Part shown: positions 19,474 through 29,384 of the stretch, piece by piece
Layout of the letters: each line of letters starts with the position of its first letter
Numbering within the stretch: the stretch's first letter is position 1
DNA from: Alphaproteobacteria bacterium
GTDB lineage: Bacteria; Pseudomonadota; Alphaproteobacteria; SP197
Assembly: GCA_965228895.1 (NCBI GenBank)
Contig: OZ245842.1
Coordinates: 4,672,001-4,736,000 of the forward strand
DNA: 64,000 bases
Direction of reading: 5' to 3'
Program-made: the position numbers and the translations under genes
Notes under the pieces: generated by a model
What the model was told of the DNA's origin: nothing
The model's input: the letters and a program-made list of their open reading frames with translations, nothing else
Databases searched by the model: none

Positions 19474-20211
19474 TCAGGGAACCGTCTCGTCGGGCGCGCC
19501 AATCACCGCCGACGTCGGCATGATGATCGTCAGTGTGGGCGACAGGTCGAGCGACACCACCCCCATGTCCGTCACCAGATCCAGAACATGACCACCGAAC
19601 GTCCTATCCTTGCTGACACCGTGCAGGTGCCAGACCGGCGCGTTGATGCCGGCAAGCCAATCCGGAAACCAGAAGCCCACGAGCGTCATCTCGACATCGT
19701 TGGCCGTCCATACCGCCTGACTGGCAAGCGCCTCCACCAATGACGGATAGGGTTCAACCTGGCGCGCGGGAACGCGATAGGTCAGCGACCGGAAGGTACC
19801 GTCGATCCTGACCGCGATCGGCACGTTCGACGCGCCGATCCTTTCGGAAAGAATGGCGGCCAGGCCCGCCATGTCGAGCCCGTCGGGCAGCGCGAGTTCA
19901 TCGTCCACATCAAAGGGCGTCACCGCGGCGAACGGCGTCTCGGTTTCCGGCGGCGCGATATCCAGCGACCCGTCATGACGTGCACGCCAGAACGTACCGT
20001 CAACGACGATCATCTCACCGTCCAATGCGTTGAAGGTGCCGAGCCCCAGATCGCCATAGCCGGCCATCTCGGCAACCGTCATCGCGCCGTCGTAGAGACC
20101 GCCGGCGAGCGCATCCAACGTCGAATACTGCGTAACGGTGTCGCTGTCCTGGGCGGCTGCCGGCAAGGCCCAGACCAACAACGCCGACACCATGCAGAAC
20201 AGGCGGAGCAT
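19474..20211 (-). CDS. budA: Alpha-acetolactate decarboxylase with predicted signal peptide
   Basis: QYST..AL..GLYDG, GDLGLGTFNALDGEM, TPFAAVT, HLH...GGHV zinc site. Confidence 0.88.
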   Translation of the reverse strand: MLRLFCMVSALLVWALPAAAQDSDTVTQYSTLDALAGGLYDGAMTVAEMAGYGDLGLGTFNALDGEMIVVDGTFWRARHDGSLDIAPPETETPFAAVTPFDVDDELALPDGLDMAGLAAILSERIGASNVPIAVRIDGTFRSLTYRVPARQVEPYPSLVEALASQAVWTANDVEMTLVGFWFPDWLAGINAPVWHLHGVSKDRTFGGHVLDLVTDMGVVSLDLSPTLTIIMPTSAVIGAPDETVP

Positions 20212-20375
20212 GCCAAGCACCAAAAAAGGTCTCCCTGGACTCAAACTGACGCGGATCATCGTCTGAGGGTCTCCAGGAAACAAGCGCACAGGTGACGGCA
20301 GGCCCGATTGAGGTTATCACGCACGCGGTATCTCATACCGAACGGGCCGCTCGGCTGAACTCTGGATCCCCCTCC

Positions 20376-20960
20376 ATGCTCCATCGCCTTTATGCCTGGA
20401 CCATGCGACTGGCCGAACACCGGTTGGCACCCTACTGGCTGTTTGTCGTGGCGGTGGCGGAGGCGTCGGTTTTCCCGATCCCCGTCGAAGGCATCCTGCT
20501 GCCGATGATGTTCGCCCGGCCGCGCAAGGGATGGTGGTACTCGACCATCGCGACGGCCGGCACCATCGTTGGCGGCGCCATCGGTTTTGCCATCGGTTAC
20601 CTGCTCTACGACTCCGTGGGCAAGGCGATTTTGGAGTTCTATGGCCATACCGACGCCTACAAGAACTTCGCCGAGCTCTACCGCGAATGGGGCGGCTGGA
20701 TCGTGTTTGCCGGGGGTTTCACGCCGATCCCCTATAAGGTCGTCTCGATCGCCAGCGGCGTCGTCCATATGGACTTCTTCATCTTCATCCTGGCGTCGTT
20801 GATCTCGCGCGGCCTGCGCTTCTATATCCAGGCAGCAATCCTGTGGTGGTTCGGCGAAGCGGCCCGCACGTTTGTCGAAAAGAATCTGGTCTACGTCACA
20901 CTCGGGGCGTTTTTGTTGCTTATCGCCGGCTTTGCCGTGATCGAATGGCTATGGCACTGA
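20376..20960 (+). CDS. YqaA/DedA (VTT domain) membrane protein
   Basis: AEASVFPIP, GFTPIPYKV, SRGLRF. Confidence 0.88.
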   Translation: MLHRLYAWTMRLAEHRLAPYWLFVVAVAEASVFPIPVEGILLPMMFARPRKGWWYSTIATAGTIVGGAIGFAIGYLLYDSVGKAILEFYGHTDAYKNFAELYREWGGWIVFAGGFTPIPYKVVSIASGVVHMDFFIFILASLISRGLRFYIQAAILWWFGEAARTFVEKNLVYVTLGAFLLLIAGFAVIEWLWH

Positions 20961-20988
20961 GGCAACCGTCCGACCATATGGAGGTTCG

Positions 20989-21501
20989 ATGAGCGGTATC
21001 GTCACATCGGTTCTGGACCGGCCCCGTCTTGTCGGCCTTTTGCTGGCGCTGGCCAGCGCGGCCATGCTGGGCGGCGCGTTTTACTTCCAGCATGTCGAGG
21101 GATTGGCGCCCTGCCCCCTGTGCATCGCCCAGCGCTGGGCGCATGCGGTGGTCTTGGCGATCGGCCTGATCCTGGCGCTGGGCATCGGCGGCAAGAGCTT
21201 CGCCCGGCCCTGGCTCGCGGCGCTGACCCTGGCGCTTCTGGGCAGCGCCGGTATCGCCGCCTATCACGTCGGTGTCGAACAACAGTGGATCGAAAGCGCG
21301 TTCTGCGGTGTCAGCGAAGGCGCCGACACGATCGAGGACCTGAAAGCCCAGCTTTGGGAAACCGAGGTCGTGCGCTGCGACGAGGTCCCGTGGTCCCTGT
21401 TCGGCATTTCCATGGCCGGCTACAATCTGCTGATCTCGCTGGCATTGGCGGCGGTCGCGCTGGTTGCGACAACCCGCCCGCGATCGACGGAGGCGACATG
21501 A
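20989..21501 (+). CDS. dsbB: Disulfide bond formation protein B
   Basis: PCPLC..QR plus a second Cys pair; 4 TM. Confidence 0.9.
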   Translation: MSGIVTSVLDRPRLVGLLLALASAAMLGGAFYFQHVEGLAPCPLCIAQRWAHAVVLAIGLILALGIGGKSFARPWLAALTLALLGSAGIAAYHVGVEQQWIESAFCGVSEGADTIEDLKAQLWETEVVRCDEVPWSLFGISMAGYNLLISLALAAVALVATTRPRSTEAT

Positions 21502-22070
21502 CGGAAAAAGCGGCCAGGAAACGCCTTACCGGCCAGGACTGCTTGCCCGGCGATCCCGACCCCAGGGCCACGATCGAGGCGATGATCCGCGTCGATCACG
21601 CCGGTGAGTATGGCGCGCGGCGCATCTATGACGGTCAGCTCGCCGTGCTCGGCAAACACGCAGCCGGTGGCAGCATCAAGCACATGGCCGACCAGGAAAC
21701 CGAGCACCTGGAGACCTTCGACAAGCTGATCGTCGAACGGCAGGTGCGCCCGACCATCCTGGCGCCGGTCTGGCACGCCGCCGGCTTTGCGCTCGGCGCG
21801 GCCACCGCCGTGATGGGTGAGCGCGCCGCCATGGCCTGCACCGCCGCCGTCGAGGACGTGATCGACGAACACTACGCCAAACAGGCCGAGCAGCTCGGCG
21901 ATGACGAGGCGGACCTGAAGGCGACGATCGAACAGTTCCGCGCCGACGAACAGCAGCACCACGACACCGCCATCGACCACGGCGCCGAACAGGCGCCGGG
22001 TTATGAGCTCTTGACCGGCGCCATCAAATCCGGCACCCGCCTCGCCATCTGGCTGTCGACGCGGGTATGA
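21498..22070 (+). CDS. coq7: Demethoxyubiquinone hydroxylase
   Basis: IRVDHAGEYGA, E..H diiron motifs, AMACT.AVE..I.EHY. Confidence 0.95.
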   Translation: MTEKAARKRLTGQDCLPGDPDPRATIEAMIRVDHAGEYGARRIYDGQLAVLGKHAAGGSIKHMADQETEHLETFDKLIVERQVRPTILAPVWHAAGFALGAATAVMGERAAMACTAAVEDVIDEHYAKQAEQLGDDEADLKATIEQFRADEQQHHDTAIDHGAEQAPGYELLTGAIKSGTRLAIWLSTRV

Positions 22071-22690
22071 GCCCGCCCATCGCCAACCTTTCGGACGTTC
22101 AGCATCGGCGCAAAGCCGCCTTCGCCATAGGTCTCTTCGGCGTTCTGGCGGCCATCCTGGTGACCAGTTCGACCTGGGTGCTTGGTGGCCCGGTGCACGA
22201 GTTCATCGAACTCATCGGCTTCGTTTCCGTCATGATCTGTATCCTCGGGCGTACCTGGTGCACGCTCTATGTCGGCGGCAGGAAGAAGAGCAGTCTGGTC
22301 CAGCATGGGCCCTATTCGATCAGCCGCAATCCGCTTTATGTGTTTTCGGTTGTGGGTGCGGCCAGCGTCGGTCTCGCGAGCGGCAGCTTGTTCGTCGGGT
22401 TCTTGCTAGCCTTCGCGACCTTCCTAGTCTTGGACCAAGTGATACGGCGCGAAGAACGTTACCTTCGCGACGCATTCGGTACCGCCTACTGCGACTACAG
22501 CCAACGAGTGCCCCGTTGGTGGCCGCGTTTTTCCGCCTGGACCGATCTGGAACGCGTCGAGGCAAGACCTCGCCTGATGCTGATTACCTTCCGCGATGCC
22601 TGCCTCTTCCTGCTCGCGATACCGGTTCTGGAAAGCATCGAATGGCTGCAGGCCAGCCACCTGCTTCCTGTCCTGTTGCAGGTGCCATAG
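22067..22690 (+). CDS. Isoprenylcysteine carboxyl methyltransferase / phospholipid methyltransferase family
   Basis: GPYSISRNPLY, EE..L...FG..Y..Y...VPR. Confidence 0.88.
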   Translation: MSPPIANLSDVQHRRKAAFAIGLFGVLAAILVTSSTWVLGGPVHEFIELIGFVSVMICILGRTWCTLYVGGRKKSSLVQHGPYSISRNPLYVFSVVGAASVGLASGSLFVGFLLAFATFLVLDQVIRREERYLRDAFGTAYCDYSQRVPRWWPRFSAWTDLERVEARPRLMLITFRDACLFLLAIPVLESIEWLQASHLLPVLLQVP

Positions 22691-22693
22691 CCG

Positions 22694-23656
22694 ATGACCA
22701 ACAACGTCGCGGCAATTGTGGCGCGCTACGACATCCATCCCGACATGCTCCCGATGCTTGAAGAGTTCGAGAGCCTGCCGGTCGCCGAGACGATCCAGGA
22801 AAACCGCGACATCTGGAGCGCGTTCTGCCGCAAGGCCATGCGTCCGCGCCCCGACGGCATGACCGTCACCGACGGCACCATCGCGACCGAGGCCTTCGAG
22901 ATCCCGATCCGCACCTACCGGCCCGCCGACGCGGCCAGTCCGTCGCCGGGCATCCTCTATATCCACGGCGGCGGCTTCATCTCCGGCGACCTCGACACCA
23001 ACGACACCGTGGCCTGGGGCCTCGCTGAGGAGACCGGCGCGGTCGTCGTCAGCACCCACTACCGCCTGGCGCCGGAACACCCCTTCCCCGCCGCCCACGA
23101 CGATTGTTATGCCGCGCTCTGCCATGTCGCGGAGAATGCCGCAGCCTTCGGCATCGATCCGGCGCACCTCGCCATCTGTGGCGACAGCGCCGGCGGCAAT
23201 CTGGCGGCGACCGTGACACTGGCCGCCCGCGACCGTGGCGGCCCGAAGATTGCGGCGCAAGCGATCCTTTATCCGGGCTTCCGCACCGACGGCACCTTGC
23301 CCAGCTTCACGACCTATGGCGAAGCGCCGATCCAGAACAAGGCCTCGACCGACAAGTACCGCGCCCTCTACATGCCGGACCCCAAGACCCACACCAACCC
23401 TTACGCATGCCCGCTCATGGCGAGCGACTACGGCAACCTGCCGCCGGCGCTGATCCACGTCGCCGGCGTCGACGCCGCGCGCGACGAGGGCGAACTCTAT
23501 GCCGAACGGTTGGCGGAGGCCGGCGTCGACGCCGCCTACCGGGTCGCCGAAGGCATGATCCACAGCTTCATGCGCGCCCGCTTCGACGGCCCGGCCGCCG
23601 CCGCGGAGTTCAACGTCGTGACGGACTTTCTGTATCGTTACCTGTTCGGTTCTTAG
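22694..23656 (+). CDS. HSL-family esterase/lipase
   Basis: HGGG, YRLAPEHPFPAA, GDSAGG, HSF. Confidence 0.92.
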   Translation: MTNNVAAIVARYDIHPDMLPMLEEFESLPVAETIQENRDIWSAFCRKAMRPRPDGMTVTDGTIATEAFEIPIRTYRPADAASPSPGILYIHGGGFISGDLDTNDTVAWGLAEETGAVVVSTHYRLAPEHPFPAAHDDCYAALCHVAENAAAFGIDPAHLAICGDSAGGNLAATVTLAARDRGGPKIAAQAILYPGFRTDGTLPSFTTYGEAPIQNKASTDKYRALYMPDPKTHTNPYACPLMASDYGNLPPALIHVAGVDAARDEGELYAERLAEAGVDAAYRVAEGMIHSFMRARFDGPAAAAEFNVVTDFLYRYLFGS

Positions 23657-23712
23657 GATCTGATTTGCACCAGCGAAGTGATACCTGGAACACTCGCGCA
23701 AGGCACTGATAA

Positions 23713-24954
23713 CTAGTGCTTCTGCATCTGTTGCCAACGATGTGTCGGAATCCGCATGTTCCTGAAAGTGTAACCATATCCTCGGACTTTGTGCGTTTTC
23801 GTAGCGGACAGAGAGCTTGCGTTAACTCCTACAATCATCTGACGGGCGCGTTCGAACGCATCAACAAGGTCTCCGTTAATGATGATTGTCGCGAGCAATC
23901 CATCATGCGTGCGCTCTTTGTTGGAGCAATCCGAAAACCACGCCGTCAACGAGTAGATATCGGCCCGCCGTAGCAGTTCGCGGTTCTTCTTGAACTGTGG
24001 GGACCAATCCCGCAGCCATATCCGAGTTGGATATCCCATCAGACCAAACGACGCAGCAGTAGCCATAAGTCGGTCGGCATTCTGTCGGTACTCGATCCAG
24101 GGAAAGGTCATCACACTGCTATCTGCCTCGACAGGACGGGGTGCATGCCACACAAACAAGGGATGTTCATTGACCATCTGCTCACCTGGCCGGAGCATGG
24201 TTCTGAGCCAAGCAATCAACTTGTCCAAACGTTCGACACCATCGCGTCCGATCCGTCGGAATGGTCGGTCCAGAAACCGATCCATTTGATCTTGAGCATG
24301 CCAAGCCACTTCCCGAAAGTGATCATCGCACCGCTCCAAGGAGTCGTTGATGTTCTTCAACATCGATCTTTCAAGCTGCTTGCTTAAGTCGGGATTTTTC
24401 TGCTTCTGCCGCTCGATCTCATCAAGCTCCCATTCACGGCCATCCCAAAGCTGCTTTTCGAATGCAGCCATTTGCGCAGCGGACTTATAGAGTCTCGGGT
24501 TCTCGGCCAAGTCCCGGTTCCCAACCCATACACGCGCGCGATTCTCTGCCTCTCGAACGTCCCACGCTGTAAGGCCCGTTGCAGCGCTTTCAGCAATCGC
24601 CGCTGCGGCAGGACCAAATTTATCGTCATCAGATGAAATCACCCTTGCCCAGAAGTAGAGGCCGCTGGTCCCCAGTCTTAGCCGCTCCGGATCTGGCTCA
24701 GACCCTTTTGGCAACTGGCTTGATGTCCACGTTAACGTCGGGAGATCGGCCTCGCCCTCGGCACGCTTCAGCTCGCGAAAAACCGGTTCGTAACCAGACT
24801 CAGCGACTCTCCTCACCAACTCCGTCTCGATTTTGTCGGGCCGGTACTGCCGCGTTGCCGGCCTCAGCTCGTTTAGTAAACGAAGTAGGGGAAGGCTCGA
24901 CCAATCAAGCGATTCGTCACCGTGGAGACTAGCTGGGCCCCATCTGTTAGGCAT
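23713..24954 (-). CDS. Hypothetical 413-aa protein of atypical (lower GC) composition
   Basis: Long ORF in a visibly more AT-rich segment; no motif recognised. Confidence 0.6.
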   Translation of the reverse strand: MPNRWGPASLHGDESLDWSSLPLLRLLNELRPATRQYRPDKIETELVRRVAESGYEPVFRELKRAEGEADLPTLTWTSSQLPKGSEPDPERLRLGTSGLYFWARVISSDDDKFGPAAAAIAESAATGLTAWDVREAENRARVWVGNRDLAENPRLYKSAAQMAAFEKQLWDGREWELDEIERQKQKNPDLSKQLERSMLKNINDSLERCDDHFREVAWHAQDQMDRFLDRPFRRIGRDGVERLDKLIAWLRTMLRPGEQMVNEHPLFVWHAPRPVEADSSVMTFPWIEYRQNADRLMATAASFGLMGYPTRIWLRDWSPQFKKNRELLRRADIYSLTAWFSDCSNKERTHDGLLATIIINGDLVDAFERARQMIVGVNASSLSATKTHKVRGYGYTFRNMRIPTHRWQQMQKH

Positions 24955-25072
24955 GGCTCAACAGGATATATGTTCATGCAATGTTCCGAATGATCATAGC
25001 TGCGATGAATTGACAACTCAATTAATACTTGCATGTCAGGCCAAAACTTAACGCGCTTAGCGAATCTGACCC

Positions 25073-25912
25073 CTACTCCGCTGCGTCGTGCACCATGTGC
25101 ACCGTGCGCTGCGGGAACGGGATTTCGATGTTCTTGGCGTCGAGCTTTTCCTTGAACGCCTTGGTCAGGTCCCAGCGGATCGGCCAGACGTGCTCCTGCT
25201 CGGTCCACAGGCGGATCGTCACGTCGACGGCGCTGTCGCCGAGATTGGAGATCATGACCTGGGCCTCCGGGTCTTTCAGCACACGCGGCTCGCCGGCGAT
25301 GACCTCATGGATAGCGGCCATGGCGTCATCCATGTTCTCGCCATAACCGATGCCGATGGTCCAGTCGACGCGGCGGATGTCATGATGGCTGTAGTTCTTG
25401 ACCGTGGTGCCCCAGACATCGCTGTTGGCCAGGATGACCTGCACGTTGTCGGGTGTGGTGAGCTCGGTTAGAAACAGCCCAATGCTCTCGACCGTGCCGG
25501 ACTCACCGCCCGCTTCGACATAATCGCCGACGTTAATCGGGCGGAAGAACAGCAACATGATGCCGGCCGCCATATCCGAGAGCGTGCCCTGCAACGCCAG
25601 ACCGATGGCCAGACCCGCCGCGCCGAGGACCGCGAGCAGGCTCGCCGTCTGGATGCCGAACTGGTTGAGCACCGCGACGCCGACCAGGACCAGCACGACA
25701 TAGCGGACGGCGCTGGACAGGAACTTCTGCAGCGTCGGATCGATGTTGTCGACCCGTGAGAGCGCCCGGGCTGTCGCGCGGCGTGCCCAGCCGGCAACGA
25801 TAAAGCCGGCGACAACAAGGGCCAACGCCCCCAAGAGACTGAGGCCGTAGTCGACCGCGATGGCCGACAAATCCGTCGTCAGCTTGCTGATATCTTCTTG
25901 TGAGAAATCCAT
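25073..25912 (-). CDS. mscS: Small-conductance mechanosensitive channel
   Basis: LGAAGLAIGLALQGTLS TM3, RP..VGD, IEIPFPQR. Confidence 0.92.
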   Translation of the reverse strand: MDFSQEDISKLTTDLSAIAVDYGLSLLGALALVVAGFIVAGWARRATARALSRVDNIDPTLQKFLSSAVRYVVLVLVGVAVLNQFGIQTASLLAVLGAAGLAIGLALQGTLSDMAAGIMLLFFRPINVGDYVEAGGESGTVESIGLFLTELTTPDNVQVILANSDVWGTTVKNYSHHDIRRVDWTIGIGYGENMDDAMAAIHEVIAGEPRVLKDPEAQVMISNLGDSAVDVTIRLWTEQEHVWPIRWDLTKAFKEKLDAKNIEIPFPQRTVHMVHDAAE

Positions 25913-26016
25913 CGAACACTCCCGCCTAACGAAAAGCTTGCAGCGGGAGGTTCTGTTTCAGATTTCGAGGTTTAGTTCAATGGCAAGGAAACCTTGCCTA
26001 CGCGCGGCCGTTGCCA

Positions 26017-26079
26017 GCCCACTCCCCCTCCCGGCCACCCATGGCAGCATCCTCGGGGTGGCCGGGAGGGGGAGTGGGC
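26017..26079. repeat. GC-rich intergenic palindrome with 24-bp arms
   Basis: GCCCACTCCCCCTCCCGGCCACCC - 15 nt - GGGTGGCCGGGAGGGGGAGTGGGC. Confidence 0.85.
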
Positions 26080-26107
26080 CGGCCAGGCGAGCCAGACAAC
26101 TATGCCT

Positions 26108-26668
26108 CTAGTCGGTCTCCAGCTCGCTATCCCAATAGAGATAGTCGCGCCAATCCTCGTGCAAAAAATTGGGCGGGAAACCCCGCCCGTTTTCGCGCAA
26201 CTGATAGGTGTTGGGCGCAAGCGGCTTAAGGCGCGGCAGCATGCCGGCCTCGCGGGGCATCCGGTTGCCCTTGCGCATGTTGCAGCCGCTGCACGCGGTG
26301 ACGACGTTTTCCCAGCTCGTGCGCCCGCCTTTCGAACGCGGGATGACGTGGTCGAAGGTCAGTTCCCGGGTCTCACGGCGGTCGCCGCAATACTGGCAGG
26401 CGAACATGTCGCGCAGGAAGACGTTGAAGCGGGTGAAGGCCGGGCGCTTGTTAAGCGGGATGAACTCCTTGAGCGCGATAACGCTGGGCAAACGCATCTC
26501 GAACGAGGGCGACCGCACGACGCGATCGTACTCACTCAGCGTCATGACCCGTTCCATGAACACCGCCTTCACCGCGTCCTGCCATGACCAGAGCGACAAC
26601 GGGAAATAGCTGAGCGGCCGAAAATCGGCGTTCAGCACCAAGGCCGGGCATGCTTCGGGCGGTGCCAT
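26108..26668 (-). CDS. HNH endonuclease (McrA-like)
   Basis: CQYC, LTFDHVIPRSKGG, WENVVTAC..CN..KG. Confidence 0.93.
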   Translation of the reverse strand: MAPPEACPALVLNADFRPLSYFPLSLWSWQDAVKAVFMERVMTLSEYDRVVRSPSFEMRLPSVIALKEFIPLNKRPAFTRFNVFLRDMFACQYCGDRRETRELTFDHVIPRSKGGRTSWENVVTACSGCNMRKGNRMPREAGMLPRLKPLAPNTYQLRENGRGFPPNFLHEDWRDYLYWDSELETD

Positions 26669-26913
26669 CCGCGCTCTCCATCTCCTTCACGTCACGTTGG
26701 CGGCCGGGCCGATCCCGGCGGCGGGCGTATCATAACCAAGTCCGGGCGGACGTTAACACCGTAAATTGTCTGTTCGATGACAGATGCCCCCAGATGTTGG
26801 GTTCAGACGGGGTTCAGTCGCTGGGCGCGCGCGGCCGGGGACGGTGATGCACGGCGGACCGACAATGCTATAGGATGCCCGCCCCACTAGGTTCGTTTCC
26901 CGGAGACTGCTGT

Positions 26914-28137
26914 ATGCCCGCCGCCCTTGACGGAATCGTTGTGCTCGACCTCTCGCGCATTCTGGCCGGCCCCTGGTGTACCCAGGTCCTGGCCGATCTG
27001 GGCGCCGATGTGATCAAGGTCGAGCGGCCGGGCCGCGGCGACGACACGCGCCACTGGGGTCCGCCGTTCCTGAAAGACGGCGACGGCAACGACACGACGG
27101 AGGCCGCCTACTACCTCTCCGCCAACCGGGGCAAACGGTCGATCACCATCGACATGGCGAGCGAGGAAGGCGCCCAGATCGTGCGTGACCTCGCCAAGAA
27201 GGCGGACGTCCTGGTCGAGAACTACAAGCTCGGCGGGCTCAAGAAGTACGGCCTGGACTATGACAGCCTGAAGGACGAATGCCCCGGGCTGATCTATTGC
27301 TCGGTCACCGGCTTCGGCCAGACCGGCCCCTATGCGCCACGCGCCGGGTATGACTTTCTGGCCCAGGGCATGTCCGGCTTCATGTCGATCACCGGCGAAC
27401 GCGACGATCTGCCCGGCGGCGGGCCGCAGAAGGGCGGCGTCGCGATCTCGGACCTGACCACCGGCCTTTACTCGACCATCGCGATCCTGGCGGCGCTGAA
27501 CCATCGCCACAACACCGGCGAAGGCCAGCACATCGACATGGCGCTTCTGGATAGCTCGATCGCCTTGATGGCGAACCAGAACATGAACTACCTGACCTCC
27601 GGTGTGCCGCCGACGCGCTACGGCAACGCCCATCCGAACCTGTTGCCCTATCAGGTGTTCGAGACGGCGGACGATCCGATCATCATCGCCATCGGCAACG
27701 ACGATCAGTTCAAGAGGTTCTGCGACCTGGCCGGTGCGAGCGAGTTGGCCGCCGACGAACGCTACGCCACCAACCCCGCGCGCATCAGGAACCGCGATAC
27801 GCTGATGCCCCGGGTGGTCGAGCTGGTGAAGCAGGAGCCGCGCGCCTGGTGGGTCGAGAACCTGGAGCAGCGCAGCATTCCCTATGGCGTCGTCAACAAT
27901 TTCGAGCAGGTCTTCGCCGACCCCCAGGTTCAGGCCCGCGGCATGAAGTTCGAACTGCCGCATCCCACCGCCGGCACCATCCCGATGGTGCGAAGCCCGG
28001 TCAACCTGGAGGGTTCACCGCCGGTCTACAAACGCCCGCCGCCGCTTCTGGGCGAACACACCGACGAGGTGCTGGCGGAGTTTCTGGGCCTGTCCGAGGC
28101 GGAGATCACGAGTCTGAAGGACGATAAAGTGGTATAA
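26914..28137 (+). CDS. CaiB/BaiF class III CoA-transferase
   Basis: DLSRILAGP, LADLGADVIKVE, NRGKRS, PPLLGEHT. Confidence 0.94.
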   Translation: MPAALDGIVVLDLSRILAGPWCTQVLADLGADVIKVERPGRGDDTRHWGPPFLKDGDGNDTTEAAYYLSANRGKRSITIDMASEEGAQIVRDLAKKADVLVENYKLGGLKKYGLDYDSLKDECPGLIYCSVTGFGQTGPYAPRAGYDFLAQGMSGFMSITGERDDLPGGGPQKGGVAISDLTTGLYSTIAILAALNHRHNTGEGQHIDMALLDSSIALMANQNMNYLTSGVPPTRYGNAHPNLLPYQVFETADDPIIIAIGNDDQFKRFCDLAGASELAADERYATNPARIRNRDTLMPRVVELVKQEPRAWWVENLEQRSIPYGVVNNFEQVFADPQVQARGMKFELPHPTAGTIPMVRSPVNLEGSPPVYKRPPPLLGEHTDEVLAEFLGLSEAEITSLKDDKVV

Positions 28138-28160
28138 CCGCTACGCCCTACACGCCCTTT

Positions 28161-29384
28161 GTGGTTCCGGGTAGACTTCCCCCGAAAAAACGGGCGGAGT
28201 CCCGGCCTTTGAAGACAGTTCTTGTTCTCATCGTCCTCCTCATCGCCGGCGTTGCCGGGCTGCTCACCATCAAGCTCAGCCAAGAACCGGTGACGTGGGA
28301 CATGGACCCCACGCGGATGATCGTGCCGCTGGACAGGCCGGCGGTGTATGCGGCGGCGGGCGAGGACTTTCGCGCCGTCTTCGACTTCAACTATGTTTCA
28401 TCGGCAACAGAGCGCGAGATCCGACTCGGCAACTATGATCTCGCGGATCCTGGACTGATGGGCGTCGACCTGGATCCATCGGCGGTCATTCTGCTGCTCA
28501 ACACGGCAACCATCTACTTCTACAGCTGTTATCTCGACGCTTCGATCTCAGACATCGCTGCCAACAGCACGGAGTGTGACGCGGAGCTCGATTTTGAGAA
28601 CAGTTCGGCGTTCCTGACTGGCGCGCGCGACTTGGCCAAGGCGATGTGGCTGGAGGCCAACGCTTGGAACCGGGACGCCGTCGCCACCCTTTACAAGGAC
28701 GCGGGTGCGCAAATCGGCGGTGCGCTGGCGGGCGGCATATCGACATACGACGATGAGAACCGGCGCAAGGTCGCTGCGCTTGCGCGCGACTTCACGTTTG
28801 CGCGCATGGCGCGGCTGCGGTTGCTGAACGGCGACATCGACACGCCGCTGATCGACGGTAACTCGTTTAACCGATGGTGCGGCCCCGAGTTCGATGAGAC
28901 CTGTCCGGGCGGTCTTTCGACCTATCGCGCGATCAAACTCTACCTCGCAGGCCATCACAGAGACGCACGGACCACCGCCCTCGTCGCGCTGAAGGGCAGG
29001 CAGCCCTGGGTCTACCGCTCGCCTTACGAACATCCGCTGTTGTGGAATCTTGCCGCCTCGCGCCACGTCGGCGATGACGATGACAGCGACGTTCAACCGC
29101 TGATCGATGCCGCCTTGATCGAATGGCCCAACGATGCGCGCGTGACGCTCGAGGTCATGATCGGCGACGTCGACGCTGCCGGTCCGGACGATCCCATGTG
29201 GACGGCCTGCACGACGCCGGGCTGCCGCTTTTTTCTGGCCGAGTTCTTCGACGCCGCCGGCAACGCGGCCATGGCCGATGCGATGGCTTTGTCAGGGCTG
29301 GCACTGTGCGACGGCGTGCGCTCCGTCCTGTGCACGGCGCTGCGTACCTTCGACAGTCACACCGCGATGACCGGGTCTCCATGA
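28161..29384 (+). CDS. Exported/membrane-anchored helical protein, paralog of the next gene (NlpI-like C-terminus)
   Basis: N-terminal hydrophobic segment; YEHPL.W, C.T.GCR.F and LC.ALR.F shared with 29381-30616; start uncertain. Confidence 0.6.
   Translation: MVPGRLPPKKRAESRPLKTVLVLIVLLIAGVAGLLTIKLSQEPVTWDMDPTRMIVPLDRPAVYAAAGEDFRAVFDFNYVSSATEREIRLGNYDLADPGLMGVDLDPSAVILLLNTATIYFYSCYLDASISDIAANSTECDAELDFENSSAFLTGARDLAKAMWLEANAWNRDAVATLYKDAGAQIGGALAGGISTYDDENRRKVAALARDFTFARMARLRLLNGDIDTPLIDGNSFNRWCGPEFDETCPGGLSTYRAIKLYLAGHHRDARTTALVALKGRQPWVYRSPYEHPLLWNLAASRHVGDDDDSDVQPLIDAALIEWPNDARVTLEVMIGDVDAAGPDDPMWTACTTPGCRFFLAEFFDAAGNAAMADAMALSGLALCDGVRSVLCTALRTFDSHTAMTGSP

Noticed and set aside
26108-26668. 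HNH nuclease as an IscB/Cas9-like RNA-guided system
   Set aside because: Only 186 aa with no RuvC motifs and no repeat array; it matches the common stand-alone alphaproteobacterial HNH protein
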